This document shows positions 1 to 14,236 of a stretch of DNA of 64,000 nt, piece after piece. Positions within the stretch are counted from its first letter, which is position 1. Each line of letters begins with the position of its first letter. The DNA is taken from assembly GCA_030141605.1 (NCBI GenBank), contig JAQGDQ010000002.1, positions 868,001 to 932,000 of the forward strand, given 5' to 3'. The position numbers and the translations under genes were made by a program. Under the pieces are notes generated by a model. It was not told the origin of the DNA and did no database searches. It saw only the letters and a list, made by a program, of their open reading frames with translations. This DNA is from Tubiluchus corallicola. Its lineage: Eukaryota > Animalia > Priapulida.

Positions 1-210
1 GCGTGGCGTCGAGGTCACCACAGTTCATTTGAGGACACGGTGACATGAGCTGGACCAAGTAACACCTCGTTTAATCACTGTTTGTCTTCCATTTTGTACG
101 TCACCTTCTATTATATTTGCATGTTATTCTTGAGACTGACTGTTTTTTCCACCGAGTGTAAAAATAAGACGGGAATTCGGTTAACAAAAAGTGGAGGTCG
201 TTGACATCGA
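1..210 (+). mobile_element. Possible 3' end of an LTR followed by a primer-binding-site-like sequence (degenerate LTR retroelement remnant)
   Basis: AATAA-like signal at ~163, then ...TTAACA (181-186) followed within 5 nt by TGGAGG.., the LTR-end/PBS layout. No second LTR or intact gag/pol seen; weak. Confidence 0.25.
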
Positions 211-3200
211 ACAAAGAAAACAGCCGCGCCGTCGTCTCGACGAACCGGATCAATACCCGGCGACTGACGGATTTCAGGAAGTCTCCCAGTCGGGATGATG
301 GTGTTTGTGAAATAACTGATAGCCTGGCTCGTCAGGTGACACAGTCTGTATTGTTTTAAAAATTTTAGACGTGTCGTCTGATGAGTGAGGAGTCAGACGT
401 TTTCTCCAGACACAAGTGCTGCTTTCTAAAGTGGATAAAACTCGTAGTATCTAGTGGAATAGAGTATTCAACCGCCAGTTAAATTCTGTGGGCTTAAAGA
501 TTTTAAGTGATGACTGTGTGATAATTACTGTAGTTAAAATTTTTTCAAATGAAATTAAGTTTAACAGCGTTTGCATGCCCGGGACATTTTATTTCCTGAT
601 ATTATTATATATAAAACGTGTTTAATAATAGATAAATTTTGCATGTATAACTTGTGTACAGTGTATTTTGTTGTATGCACGGCTAATGCCTATATCGTTG
701 GTTTTCAAATCGGCCTCCAAGTCTTTTTAAAATTTGCTTGTTTTAAAAATTGACAATCGTAGTCAGTATAATATATCCGGGAGTTGTCATAAATCTTAAT
801 TTGTGTGTACGCTGACTTTAATGCTTTTTCAGTATAATATTTTATTTCTTCTCGAGTTCCTGTGGCACGCTGGCAGTTGCAGTAGTTCACGATGTAATAA
901 GGTGTAATAGTTATTCCTATTATAAGCCATTTCTTTTAATTACTCAATTTTTAAGTTGATGCATACGTTAAAGTGTTGAACATAAATTACTTCTTATTAC
1001 TAACAAAGCAGAGAAGCTGTCAATAGCTGTATAGTGTGGCAAGTTCATGACTGGGAACTTTATGATCTTATGATAAACATTTTAACAGTTATACCACAGC
1101 CGTGTAGCCGTCTAGTCAATGAACTTATAAGAATGCAGGGCTTGGATTAAATACATATAGGCAAAACGTACAATATCATTATCATTATTTCTTAGCATAC
1201 AGCGCCTGTCGGTGCTTATAGCGTATACACAATAATAACCAGAGGACTTTGGAACGAGGATAATCACGACCCAAGGAACGGGGATGAGCTAAGGTGATTG
1301 ACCCACTAAATAGTGAAGCCAATTGTTGGGTGTAGAACGTACAGCGTCCATGCATTGATTGTTACACAGATTAGCAGATTCAAATATTTGGGACGATCCC
1401 CTGTGCAACTGCAGCAGCTGCAAAAATAGAGCAGTTTTGTACTAAAGTACTTGAAGACAGTATTTAGAACATCCTAATTTTTAAATGCTTTTCACGGTCG
1501 GCATGGCTAAACAATTAGCTCTTTTAAGATATAATACGGTACAGCTATATTGCGTCCTCTGTTTATTAAGATGAAGGAAGCCGTCAATTTACTTATTAAA
1601 GTAAAGTCATCTCGATGGGCTCTACTCGAACAATTTTTTATTGACAAGCATTCCGATATTAAACTCATTAATTTTCAATTTTTGATTAATTAATTAATTG
1701 TTACTTTGATTAATTTGCTTCTTTAGTTTACAGCTTGTGTGTTTTAATTGATATTCAATTCAGGACATATCACTCACTCAGTCGTCTAAAAATTAAAAGT
1801 GCTCAGACCACTACTATTGAAATCTTCCTTTTCTTGTCAATGGAGGGCACTACATGCTTTGCATTATATGACAGGAATATGATTTGTCGCACAACCTGGT
1901 ACTTGCGAAAATTATTAGTCATCTATTAGAATCTCGAATCTTCAGAACTTGCTTTTAGCAGTATTAAAACATCTTTGGAGTAGAATATACTTGGATGAAA
2001 TTTTAGGAAACGGCTCCTGAGAAGATGAACATGCTTATACGGTAGCAGTGGTAATCCTGCCATTTTCGGTGATAAAGTTAGCAACGATATCTTTAGGTTT
2101 TATTCGACGATATTGTCACTGTAAAGGTACAAATTAATTTATTCCATAAAACCTTTGTAGTAATATGAGACAATTTCCCTATGTTAGAAGTAACCGTAAG
2201 TCACAACTTACATCTTAACGAGAAGTCTGAGATGCGGGATAGATAAAAAGGATGTAGCCGATATAGGATGTTATTATCGTCAAGACTTCATCAATTAATG
2301 GGGTGCTTTGGTTTGTTAACGATGTGGCTACGGCTAAAAGGAAGATTTAAAATATGTGATGTTAAAGATTGAAGCTACAACGATGAACGATCTAGAGTAG
2401 ATATGATGCTTTAAAAGTCGCCTGCGCCATCTGCAGTGCAATAAATAAATCATTGTTATTCCGGAGTTAACCTGCTATATGTACAAAGGACATGCCTGAG
2501 TATATTTCGACTAAAAATAATTGCGTAAGCTACCACCAAACAAAGCAGTAAAAACAGCACATAAACGGAGTCATCGGAGAGAAAATTGGACAAATATTAC
2601 TGATTCCCGAATACATTTTAAAAAAAGGATTTTTTAAATAACACTTAAATACTAAAGCATCAAAACAGCGCTTAAAATGTTCTTGTTCTCAAAAAGTCAA
2701 AACACATGGTTTATTGGCTTAACTAACTATTTGTTCGGTTGGTTAGCAGATACACTGACTGGCCAACTGATTAGCCAGTTTCTGAAATTACTTTTGAGTT
2801 GAGAGAGTTTTCGTAAGTCAAACTTTGGTAAGTCAAGTTTTAGTAAGGCTCATAGTAGGGCCTAGAGCAACTTGTATGTTAAGGCATTCAGAAATCGCTT
2901 GTGCACAAAACTGTCAGCAAAAGGCTATTGGTTTCTTGAAAAACGAAGAAAATTATAAATATTGCATCCATATCAATACTGCTGGACAAAAACTGCTTCA
3001 CAATAACTCCGAAAAAAAGATAAGACGGTTACGCTGTTTTGACCATTTGCACCAAATATCAAGACTGTTTTATTGGAAAACCTTGTGTTAAGCAAAGTAG
3101 TTAATTATATACTAAAATTACAATAATTGCAGTAAAAATTTAAAAAGAAGTTCACAATATAAGCAACTCCACAAACTGCAACACTTATGCAAACTTGAGG

Positions 3201-3562
3201 CACATTCACACATACATGGTGATAGTCTCAAAACAAAGTAAAAATTTCCTACGCAATATCGTTGTAAGGGGTGCTCTATTGTCTAATGTCTGTCTATTGA
3301 TTGATCTGCTGTGTGGATCGACAGTTTTTTCACCATGTAGACGCATGTGAACAGCATGCTGTCACCGGCGGTGAGTGAACGCACCTTTATTTATAGAAAC
3401 TTTAATATATGAGGCACATTATGCCCAGGTTTGTGGACAGGTCTACTGAGTTTCCTGTTCACACCGTCAACTTCACGCACACATTACCACGTAAAATTTG
3501 GACTTTGATACCAGTCACTAAAATCAGAGTTTCGAGTAAAATGCCGGGCGATTCGTACCCAT

Positions 3563-6500
3563 CTAATGACCGTACCCACCCCCGTAACCGCTTGGAAATC
3601 CTTTCAAGTTTGCAAGCCCACCAAGCCCTTTGATGTTGCCAAGACCTCCTATCATTCCCAAACTTCCAGATCCCCCACTGCCACCCCCACCATAACCACC
3701 TCCATAACCTCTCTTTGGCATATTTTCCATGGCTGCTTGTCGGTGAAATCCCATGAAATCACGGCTTCTGCCATATCCTCCACCTCCATGTGGATCACCT
3801 CCTCCTCCGTGCGGATCACCACGACCACTACTACTGCTACTGCTGCTATGTGAATAACTTTGGCCACCAGAAGGCGCACTAGGAGCTGCATGGCCACCAC
3901 TAGGAGGACCGTAGACCATTGCTTTCTGAGGCGCTTCTGGTGGAGATGGTGGAGCAGGTGGTGCTGGGGGCGCTTTTCCACCACCACCGCCGCCACCACC
4001 ACCACCATGGTCATCGTCAAATGAGAGCCCTTGATTACTTGAAGAGCTGCTATGCTTTGAATGATAATCATCTTTGTTGTGATAATCGCCTTGGCCGTCA
4101 AAAACACCCTTATCTCCGTGCCATTTCTTAAATCCATTGTCCTGGTATTTCTGTGAGCCGCCGCCATCTTTGTGCTGATTGTGAAACTTGTATTTGCCAT
4201 TACCTTTGCTGAATTGAAATATTCCTTCACCTTTATTTTTTGACACTTTTCCGTTGAGTTGGAGAAATCCTTTGCCACCATTGTCTTCCTTATCTCCTTT
4301 GCTACAAAATAATTATTTTGGGTTTATTTTGTACGTACACTTACCGAATGTTAATAGAAATTTACTAACATAAATTCACAATGAATCAATTGTTTATTTT
4401 TCGCTAAAGTGCCGTTTGTTAAAGTTTCCTGGAGCTTTTTGCTAGTTAACTCATCTTTAAAATGTGCTAGACTATTGGCATGGTGCTCTGGACAGTAAAC
4501 TGCATGGCTTCTTACTGACTAAGTTTGACTTTATTTTTATGTGTTTTTCTATGTGTATGGCAATGAACTCTAGCAGATAGAAACTCACATGCAAAACAGT
4601 TAGCACCATTAGATCTGATTTTTTTTAAACCGCGCGCACATGGTCGGAATTTTGTTGAAAAAATGCCCGGATGCTTCTGTTTAAAAGGAAATATTTATTT
4701 CATGAACCTCCAGTTTTTATAAAATCCAGAATTTGAACCAATAGAGTACCCAGCGCCTTGTGATCAAGAAGGTCCCCCTTTTTGTTAATACTCGTCGGTC
4801 AACCCAACTTCTCAAAACTATTTGCTTCGAATTTTGCGATAAAAAGATAGATAGTAAAGCTCGTTTCTGGTGCTAGCGCCTGATTTAGACCTAGCGGGCA
4901 GACATTTCACAGTTAGGGCACCTTATCATACAAACTAACATGCAAGAAACATACAAGACTAATTAAAAGTGAACTCAAGTGAACGGCAAACCTTATTGTT
5001 ATAATATACAAACAAACCCTTAAACGTAATTTTTTACTTTTTAATACAGCCATGAAACTAATAATTTTATTATTGTTACACTTTAGAAAGGTGTGGAACC
5101 TCTCTTAAGGGACGGGGCACTTGCCCTTTGACCCCTTAATTATAAATCCAACTTAGTGTCTCATGACTTTTGCCAATGTTAAGCTTTACCTGTCGTACGT
5201 CAACATGTGTGCGTATTTTTGCCAGTCATTGTCTGCGTGATACGCTCCCCATTGTGAAGAAGAAGACGGAGCTGAGCTCCCATATCCTTGAGAGAGCACT
5301 GCTGTCGCCTGAAATTGTCAAACATGTTTAAAAACAAAGCTACTTGATAATTAAGAATGAACTTTCAATATTAAACCAGCGTACAAAATATTCTAGTTTA
5401 TGATTTTGCACTTTGCCAATAGATGGAGCCACATCTTTTGCAGGTGACGGAAAAGTGCTGACAATTTTGGATAATGCTATCCACCAAACTAATGTTGAAC
5501 CAATAGAATTTGGTTCAACGAAGACCAACAATCAGTTTTAAGCATAGTCGACGGGAAGCAGTCTTGAGGATGAGAAAAAACTAAGTAATCGAGAAAAAAC
5601 AGGAAGATTCCTGATAAAGTGTTACAGCAGTCACAGAAAACGACCGATAGGGCCTGCTCTACCACTAGGCAAACTAGACAGTTGTTTAGTTAAAGTAACT
5701 CTTTAATTTATAAGTTCGTCTTAGATAATGACGTAGTTACAAAGTATTATATACGTGTAATTGCTTATGTGCACAACATTTTCTGAAGCGAACTTCTTGC
5801 GTAATTTTCACGCAAAAATGTGTGATTCATTCACGCTAACCAGGAACTGTCTTCCTGCAACAAAACACTCTTCTTTCGCTTTATTTTGCTTCTTATGATC
5901 AGTTACATCATTTCAGGCACTACTGGCACGTTACCGTACTTTTGGTAAAATATTTGTATTGTATGCATAAAGTAGCTGCTGAGTAATTTTTACTAGCAGC
6001 AGATCCTTCTGTTAGTAAAACAATTTTTCTTGCGTTAGCATTTATTTAATTGTCGCAGATAAGAAATCAAAGCATTCGAGAGCGTAATACGAGAAACGAA
6101 AGATAAAATAGCCATAAGACAACAAAAAAGTCACTAAGTAGTTGCACCTAGACCAGATGAATGAGAAGATGATGAAACAAGTGAAATGAATGTCGTGAAA
6201 AAGAGGAGTTAGGTTTTTAGGAAGAATAACCGACGGCAGTACGTAGCTGATGAAAACCAAGCAGAAACAGTTTTACAGATGTCCACCCATCCATTCAGTA
6301 TCCATGCTTGACGTGTTTTAATTTAGCCTTTAGTCTGTCCCCCTAATTCCAGATCTCAATTCTTCTGATGGGAAGCTCACAATTTTTTCTGTAATAACTG
6401 TGTACACTGTGCAGTCTCTGCAGTCCTATCCTGTTTGTGCCATAGGATACGCATTTGTTCTAACTACAATCAAAAATTTCCCTGTGAGATGAAAAAAGAA

Positions 6501-7020
6501 CTTCTGATACAAATGTATTATGATAAATTACACAGCCTATGAATTTCCAATTCAAATTCGTTTTTCAAGCATAATAAGTTGTCCAAGCGTTGTTACTTTC
6601 ATATACTGAGTATGACAACACAAACGCTGGTTCAGCCAAAAGCCTAGAATAATTATGATCGCAAGAAAGAAGTATGACGTACATTGAGCGCATAATGTAC
6701 CTCAGATGCAAGTTAAACAGCAAATAATAATTGAAGGTGCGCTTTTAAAAATAAGCTATTATTCGATAGTATAATATTGGTTGGTACTTATTACATCGAC
6801 AAATGTCATTTCAGCCTATTGCGCGGTTTTAAAGCTTAAGAACCTATATTATACTATATCATATTATTAAGTTCTACAAGCTTAAGCTATAAGTAAAAAT
6901 GTGAGCCTAGGTATTAAATAAGGTTGACTGTAAGTTACAAGTTTATTTAAGTGTGTAGCGCGAAATCAAAATACTCACCCAGCTAAACAAAACCGAAGAT
7001 ATCAAATACATCCGACTCAT
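3563..7020 (-). CDS. Secreted glycine/serine/histidine/tyrosine-rich low-complexity protein, 3 coding exons, 299 aa
   Basis: Exons 7020-6979 (MSRMYLISSVLFSW, donor GTGAGT), 5308-5190 (ATAVLSQGYGSS...LTYD, acceptor TTTCAG, donor GTAAAG, phase 2) and 4301-3563 (acceptor TTGTAG, in frame with ORF 3563..4246, TAG stop). Phases join correctly. Hydrophobic N-terminus resembles a signal peptide (...ATAVLS/QG). TATAAA on the minus strand at 7162-7157. Confidence 0.85.
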
Positions 7021-10000
7021 CTTTATATTTCACTGCTATTTTTCGGATCACTTTACCCAAAGATATTAATGTGATATCATTCTCAATAGACCATTATTAT
7101 AGGTATTCGCACGCCGCAGCACTATATGAAAAGGTGCATCATTTCCTCATCAAATCTTTATAAGAGTCATTCCTGGCCCCCTGACCTCCTTCAGACGATA
7201 GAACTTTTCCAAACAGACGCCATTGTTTAAATGACAAAATGGATTTTAATTTCGTATTTGTTTAAACTAAATCGGTGGCAAATTTCAAATGCTGTATTAT
7301 CGTTTCTGGTTCAAAACTTTTTGGCACGATAAATCGCTGTAAGACTGATACGAGTCTAGCACTTGATGTGGGAAACACCAGGTTCGACCGAATAAGTATT
7401 TATACCTTCATTCTAAACTTTAAACAGGAATACAGCAGCCTCTTAAGAGCAGCCATGCATTATTATTGTTAGAGCTATGCGATAATTTATAGCGCATGTA
7501 ATACAAGCGTTATAGGTTTGTTAGAGAATATATACCATATAAATTGTCTGTTCAAGTAGCAAAATTGTTAATGATGAGACCCACAATGAGAATTAAGTCT
7601 TAACCGTAAAAGAAGTCATGACCATGGTAAGTCTGAGAAGAGGACTATCTTATGCTTTCAAGAGAATTAAGCCTCTAAGATTTATTCTGATTTACTTTCT
7701 ATTTAATTTCAGAATCGTCTTTCGCCCGGCCTTCCTTTCTTTTTTTAAACATCACCATAATGGTGAGTGTAATAGTGACTGTTGAATTTACTTTTTAATT
7801 TAGTCCCAAACGTTAATTTTGCTGTTTGAGACAGACTGCTCGCCTCATTTACTTCACGTTGCGGAATGCATTCCAGTATTGATTGTCTGGAAAATTTTAC
7901 CATTTAACAGCATTTTACGACTTGTCTATTTCAGTTTTTATTGCTCAAAATCTTCTAAGTTCTTCAATTTTGTTATAACGCTGCAGTTAACCAAATTCGA
8001 CTAATTTCTGTGCAATGTGGAATCAGACTTTAGGGCTGTGTTTCGGATGACGACGTTATATACGGTGTGTGCGCCTTGCGGATCTCTTTAAATTGTGTTT
8101 CGGAATTTATACGCATGTAGTTTTTTTTATTCACAGAATAACTTATTTTTCTTTATTTACTGAAATTAATTGGCTCAAAACAAGGCGGTACCAACCACAG
8201 AAGAACCGTAACGTCGCCCATACAACTAACTATGCATCTAACAAAACCTGGCTTTCATTTGCTACTAAAAGTACCACAAGTACTTAATGTTTAATTACCC
8301 AACTCATTACAGTTTTTGATTTGAAAACTTCTTGCAGTGTTGCGTTGACTCATAGACTCACTCAGAAATAGACTCACATTACCATTGAGTAACTGCTGTG
8401 AAGCCTAACGTTTAGGAAAATATAAAACCATTTTGCCCTGCCAAAAAACTGAAAACGTGATCAGAATGAATATATTTAAGTTAGTAAAACGTCTAATTTG
8501 AAAATGCGCAACTTCTTTCTTCTTGTAAGAAGATAATAGGTCATACGTACTTTGCAATTTTTTTGTTGTTATGATAGTTTTGTTGTTGCAACAAAAATGG
8601 CTACTTCTGTGATAATAATTATTGAAATTATTGGGCCAGCAATATCTAGTGCAGCTTTAATGAGTTGAAAAATGTTTCCGAATTTTTACGAATATTTGTA
8701 AATTTACTGATAAAGCAACAATCGTCATTCTTACCCCTCGTGAATTTCTGTTATTTGTGATATGCAAGGATGCAAGATTTCGTAATTAGCTTACCTATTT
8801 AAACTCCAAGGTAATCTCTCTTTATAACAACCTAGGTTTAAAATCCTGCTCAATCAAAGTGTTTAAATTAGGTTGCGCTACTCATTACTTTAGTTGTTAA
8901 TGCGAGATTGATTAGACGTTAATTTTACATTCATTTGACCAGCAAAGAAAACGGAAAAGCAACCTGAAACAAATCAGTTTGCCCCACATAAGGACCACTA
9001 GATCCACACACTCATGCAAATCCTTCCCTATAACGAAATTACAAAATTAATTCTCCATTTTATGAAAGATGTTTTTCGAGGATAAAGTTGACAAACTAAT
9101 GTGAACTCACCCCATTCTAATATCCCCGTAGGTGTCGCCTTGGGCAGGCGGTTTTCTAAGAAAGCTATGCAAATTTGATAATTTCATTACATTTGCAGGT
9201 ACCTTTTACAACTATTATATTATATTATATATTATATATATTATTTTATACCCTATGCTCATATTATAGTTTTTTTCAAATGCGTATTATGTTATTATTA
9301 TGGTAGACGTCCTGGGACCCTTTGCCCGTTTTGAGAGGCCCATGTTTTACAAGATTCTCTAAATCTATAATTTCCTAGTCGTTTATCTTTGCCTCTCAGA
9401 CGTTTTTTCACTTTTTCAGAAAGTTTGATGTCTGTGGACGCAGGCGCCATGTTAGATTTGTCATAAACTTCAAAATATTTCGCAAAAAACTGACAATCAC
9501 ATGGAACAAATATTACATTTTTAAGTCTTAATAACTTGTGTAAATACAACAGTTAGCTGTGCTTTTATTAATTCGTTTTCATTAATGCACCCTACTCACT
9601 TTCAGTCAAAAATCAGTTGTGTAAATATTACTGGAAAATAATAATCATGAGTATATTACTACAAAACTGTGTCAAACACAAATAGACGTTTAGCTTTCGT
9701 TGGCACGACTTTACACTTGTGGGTGGCTTTCTTATTTTAATAATAATTATAAATTATCAATCATCATAATTAATTCCATTATAAACAATTATTCATAATT
9801 GATGAATGTGTAAAAATATGATGATCATTTTAATATTAATAATCAATAGTAATTTAAAAATTAGATCATATATACAGATTCGTCCATTATAGGTACGTAC
9901 TGTAGTAGTATTAATAATCAGTTCAGTTTGGGCCTACTCTAATTATGCCTCGTCGTAAGAAATAAAAGGAGAGCGTCTGTTTGTCTGCTTGTTCTTCAAA

Positions 10001-11440
10001 TCTCTTCAAACATTTCGTCTTATATCTCTGAGCCTGTAGAGCTCATGCAAATCAAATCTTACACGAAATTTCTATATGCGATCTATGAAATTTTCCAAAA
10101 TTGACCACAGGTGATTTTTTATCTCTGATCGCCAAATAATTTCACCCTCTCTCGTCCCTACCCCCCCCCCCTCTCTCTTTTTACTCACTCAGCATAGAGT
10201 TTTCGAATTTGGACTTCAATATTTAGCATCAGTGCGAGAATATGATACAGTCCATTTATGAAAATCATTGGGCGAATTATAATAAATAAAACAGTCACAG
10301 TTCTGCAGACATCCTATAGTTGTACAGTGATTAACCGTCTCGTTAGTTTGCGTTACTCACAGCATTCTGAGACTTACTCAAGCAGACACCTCATGGTGAC
10401 TTATTATCAATTTAACTGGAGCACAATATTAGAAGTCTACGATGGCTTCATATCATGCTGAACTTGCGCATACCTCAATGAAGCTGCTGACTCAACCTGT
10501 GTGGGAAGCTGGCATGTTTATTTACAAAGCCCCCAGATCGCTGATTCATCATGAATCAGCAATTGTTGATACTTGCCTGTATTTAAACAGTTGACTCGGC
10601 AGTTTATGTCATCATCAGATGAGGAAGTTAATGCATCTGATGATCAGTGCAGTCAGCCATTCACTGCCTTCCACCTGTGCCACACGACTATACAACTGGG
10701 TCTCCAAGCTAAGGTAAAGGTAAAGGCAGGGCTACTTTCAATTAAAACCTCGTTGCTAAAGTTTAGGAAGGTGTCATCTAGTAGAAAAGACGGTTAAAGA
10801 TTATAATATTTTTGTTATTCGATCTCGCAAACAAAAACAAATAATAAATACGGAGTGTTTCAGAAGTCCCCCGTTAACTTGACTTTCAATTTTCTTTGCA
10901 TCCACCCAATCGATCAACGGCGTTCATCTTGTGACTAACTTACTCACTACCACTGAGTTTTTAAGTCATTTTAAAGTTTTGCGCCGTTTTCTTCTGCTGC
11001 TTTGCTGATTAATAAAAATAGGATAGCAAAAATAGTATTAGTAGTAGCAAATCTCCAATAGTTATATATAAAGCAACCGTTACAATATTGTAGCAGTTCT
11101 ACTAGCTAGATTTATGTTGTTGTTATTTAATAAAAGAGGCAAAACTGTTTTATAATACTTACCAAAGTAGACACAACCTCCAAATAACTGAATCTCCGAT
11201 AATACAAATTACTTCCCGTTATCTCTGTTCATATTGTTTTTCATCGTGTAATGAAGTCAGCGTAATCAAATCTTATGAAAAATCGATTTGTCAACGTTTT
11301 CCTTTAAATGCTTAGAAGTGTTAGAGATCCAGATTTTACAAAATTACAGATTAGCAATGCACTGATATATTCCACGCAGTGTTTTGTTTACAAACTCTGA
11401 AACGCTAGTAACACCACAGAATAACTATATATAAAGAACA

Positions 11441-11692
11441 AGCGGTTACTCCAAGAAATTAGTGAAAAGAAGATCTGGACTCGATCTTAGAAAATATAGT
11501 TTCAGCCAAAAGGTTATTAGTACACGGGACCGGTTAAAAGAGAAAGATGCGAATTCTTTCAGTGTAAATTTTTTCAAGGAATACTTGAAGAAGACTGGGG
11601 GTGCAACACAAAATTGCCCACTCTTACAGGCCCACGCTGATATGTAGATGAAGTTGACAGTCATCAGCAAGTATCAGTAAATTTCAGTAAAT
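11441..11692 (+). mobile_element. CR1-type LINE 3' terminal fragment
   Basis: Translates as GYSKKLVKRRSGLDLRKYSFSQKVIST..L....SFSVNFFKEYL, resembling the CR1 ORF2 C-terminus (GH..KL.K.R.RLDLRK.FFSQRV...WN.L......SVN.FK..LD). Ends in a short duplicated tail (TCAGTAAAT x2, 11674-11692). Confidence 0.7.
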
Positions 11693-13065
11693 GATACGCG
11701 TATTGTTAAGCGTGACTTGGACTTGGTGAGGTGACAGTCACTGTAAAGTCTAATCATTTCACAGCAACAAATTAAAAAAACCATTTTAAATAAATTTGCA
11801 AGTACCGCAATATAGATGTATTTATAGTTATTTCGACCGAAATGCCCTGGCTTAATCTTACAAGTTTCAAAACATCAAAACAATGAAGAGTTAAGAACAA
11901 CATTAAAATATAAACAACTGACAAATTGCATTGCTGATAGATTGCATTGACAGTGCTAACAAGTAACCTGTTTACCTTTAAAATAATATTGGGGAAACTA
12001 AGATAAAATAAGATAATTAGAGCAAAAAATGTTATAGATACAGCTCTAACAGAAAATTGGTAACATGCGTTTGAGTTACACTTTTTACACAATGTCATTA
12101 AACAAATTCAGAAAAGTTATTGTCAGTGGTGCTAATTAAAAATATGTTGGTTAAAAGAGTAACAATACAAACTATTTTGCAGCAAGGTACTACAGGTACT
12201 TATCAAGTATCATTATTTTTTACAACTATCACTAATGTAGCTTACATGGAATGCATTCAGCCCGCATTGGACAACAGCTGTTAGATAAAGAGTTTCTGAA
12301 GTTGTTCACACTCAGAACTCTAGAACGTATTTTCAAAAATGCAAAGATTCTTGTCAATTTCAATGAAAATTTTGGACAAATGACTGGAATTTTTGACATT
12401 TGACTGTAGGAAAACTGCTTCACACAATTAATATGTTCTTAGCTAATTTTTATTAAATTCAGTTAAATCTGACCTGACAAAGTGTTATTAGAAATTCTGA
12501 TGCATTAGGCAAAACTATCACACATGTGCCCAGAACAACATAAATATAATATTTTATAATTCAGCTTAACAATGCTACTAAGCTAATCTTCGAGTTTTCA
12601 TAGTTAAGTCAATCACATTATTTTACTATGCAATGTGCAGTATTATTTGAAGCCTATGACACATTAAAAAAACTTTATTTATTAACTATGCACCTATTTA
12701 TTTCACATTTATTTGAGCAAAATAATTAAAAATATAACTTTATAATACATTGGAAAGCAATAACACTTTACATGTACTTGAAGCATGTACTTTAAATTTG
12801 GTCATGTACCTATTTTCGAAATTTGGTGTATCTAAGTAATCCACAATTTCTCACAATTTCTTGTTGCAGTATGCTTAATAACTTTTGTTTAGCACTAATT
12901 CGCAAAGGAAAAGACAACAATTCTTCCTAAAAAGAGCTAAGTACTCAGTACAGCATTCAAAAACAGACGTATTATCACAACAATAATGAATATGTCAGTA
13001 AAAAGCAGATTACTAAATGCAAGGCTTGAGATGTGGAATGTTGGGAATAAGCTGAGGTCTAACAT

Positions 13066-13282
13066 CAGGTAGCATCTGCCTAGTACAAGACAGTTCCAAA
13101 GTGGAATTTTAAAAAAATTACAAGTTACATTTACCTAGAACAGGGCAGTTTCAACATGGAATTCTAAAAGATTACAGGTAGAACCTACCTAGTACAAGGC
13201 AATTCTGAAGTGGAATTCTAAAAAAATACAAATAGCATCTACCTAATACAAGGTAGTTCTAAAGTGGAATTCTAAAAAATTA
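13066..13282. repeat. Minisatellite, 4 copies of a ~54-bp unit, downstream of the CPT1 stop (probable 3' UTR)
   Basis: Units start at 13066, 13121, 13175 and 13229; shared core CCTAGTACAAG..AGTTC.AAAGTGGAATTCTAAAAAATTA. Confidence 0.85.
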
Positions 13283-14236
13283 TATGCTCAAAGGTGAGCA
13301 AATTGAATTCGGAATACACAGCAAATCATCGAGTGTAAGTGCTAATCACAAAATTACTTTTTATCAACATTTTTGAAAATTAGTTCATTAATATGACAGC
13401 TAAGTTTTTCGAATACTTTTTAAATTACTTAGTTAAATATAATAAGATAAGCATTTAGTAGTAATACAAGTTATTAGTATACCCAAAGCTCATCAAATAT
13501 GCAAATAAATCTTAACAGCAGTGAGTGTCGAATGTTTACGTATAAGCATACACTATACCACACCAGTATAGAATTTTTTACCTCTTTTTGAAAGTTTGCA
13601 GTTTTTACTGTAGCATAACTAGTATATCATTTTCATTATGTAAAATATGATGCCATAAAGTTTTTGACTAAAATAATGTGTAAAGTTTTGTAAAGAAGTG
13701 CTGTGCTGAAAACATTCATACAAATGTGCCAAGTGCAGCTAAAACATAACACACTATTTCTAAATATTTAAAACGTTTCATCACAATACATCACAGCATG
13801 ACTATGTAAAGTAAACCTCTTCACTGTCCCTGCCATACTCCCTGACATATAAACAAACTGTGTGATTGTTCACAATAACTTATATATATTAAAAACATTA
13901 CTAGTGATGTGATATTAAAAGACAATCTATAAATGCAATCTTTTAAAATATGTGTGCAACAAAGTGCAACAAACCCTCAAATGAAGGAGCCCAACCCTAT
14001 AAGACAATCCAGCTTTTATACCAGTATCAGTTTAAATAAACCAGGCAATTAGTTCTTTGCATTTTGTGCCCTTTCTTAATTAGTGATAAGCTGAGAAATG
14101 GAGATCATTCGTTCTTGTGCACTGCCTGCTTAAAATTCTTGTAATTGTTTCCCATCGAGCCAGACTCATCCAGTGCAGTTACACTAATGGAGACAATGCC
14201 AAGGTGCAGATAACGGCAACAGTAGTAGCTACTTTG

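Noticed and set aside
3409-4281. Overlapping ORFs 3409..3633, 3566..3853, 3652..4281 and 3919..4131
   Set aside because: Shadow frames of the GC-rich Gly-rich exon; no splice or start support.
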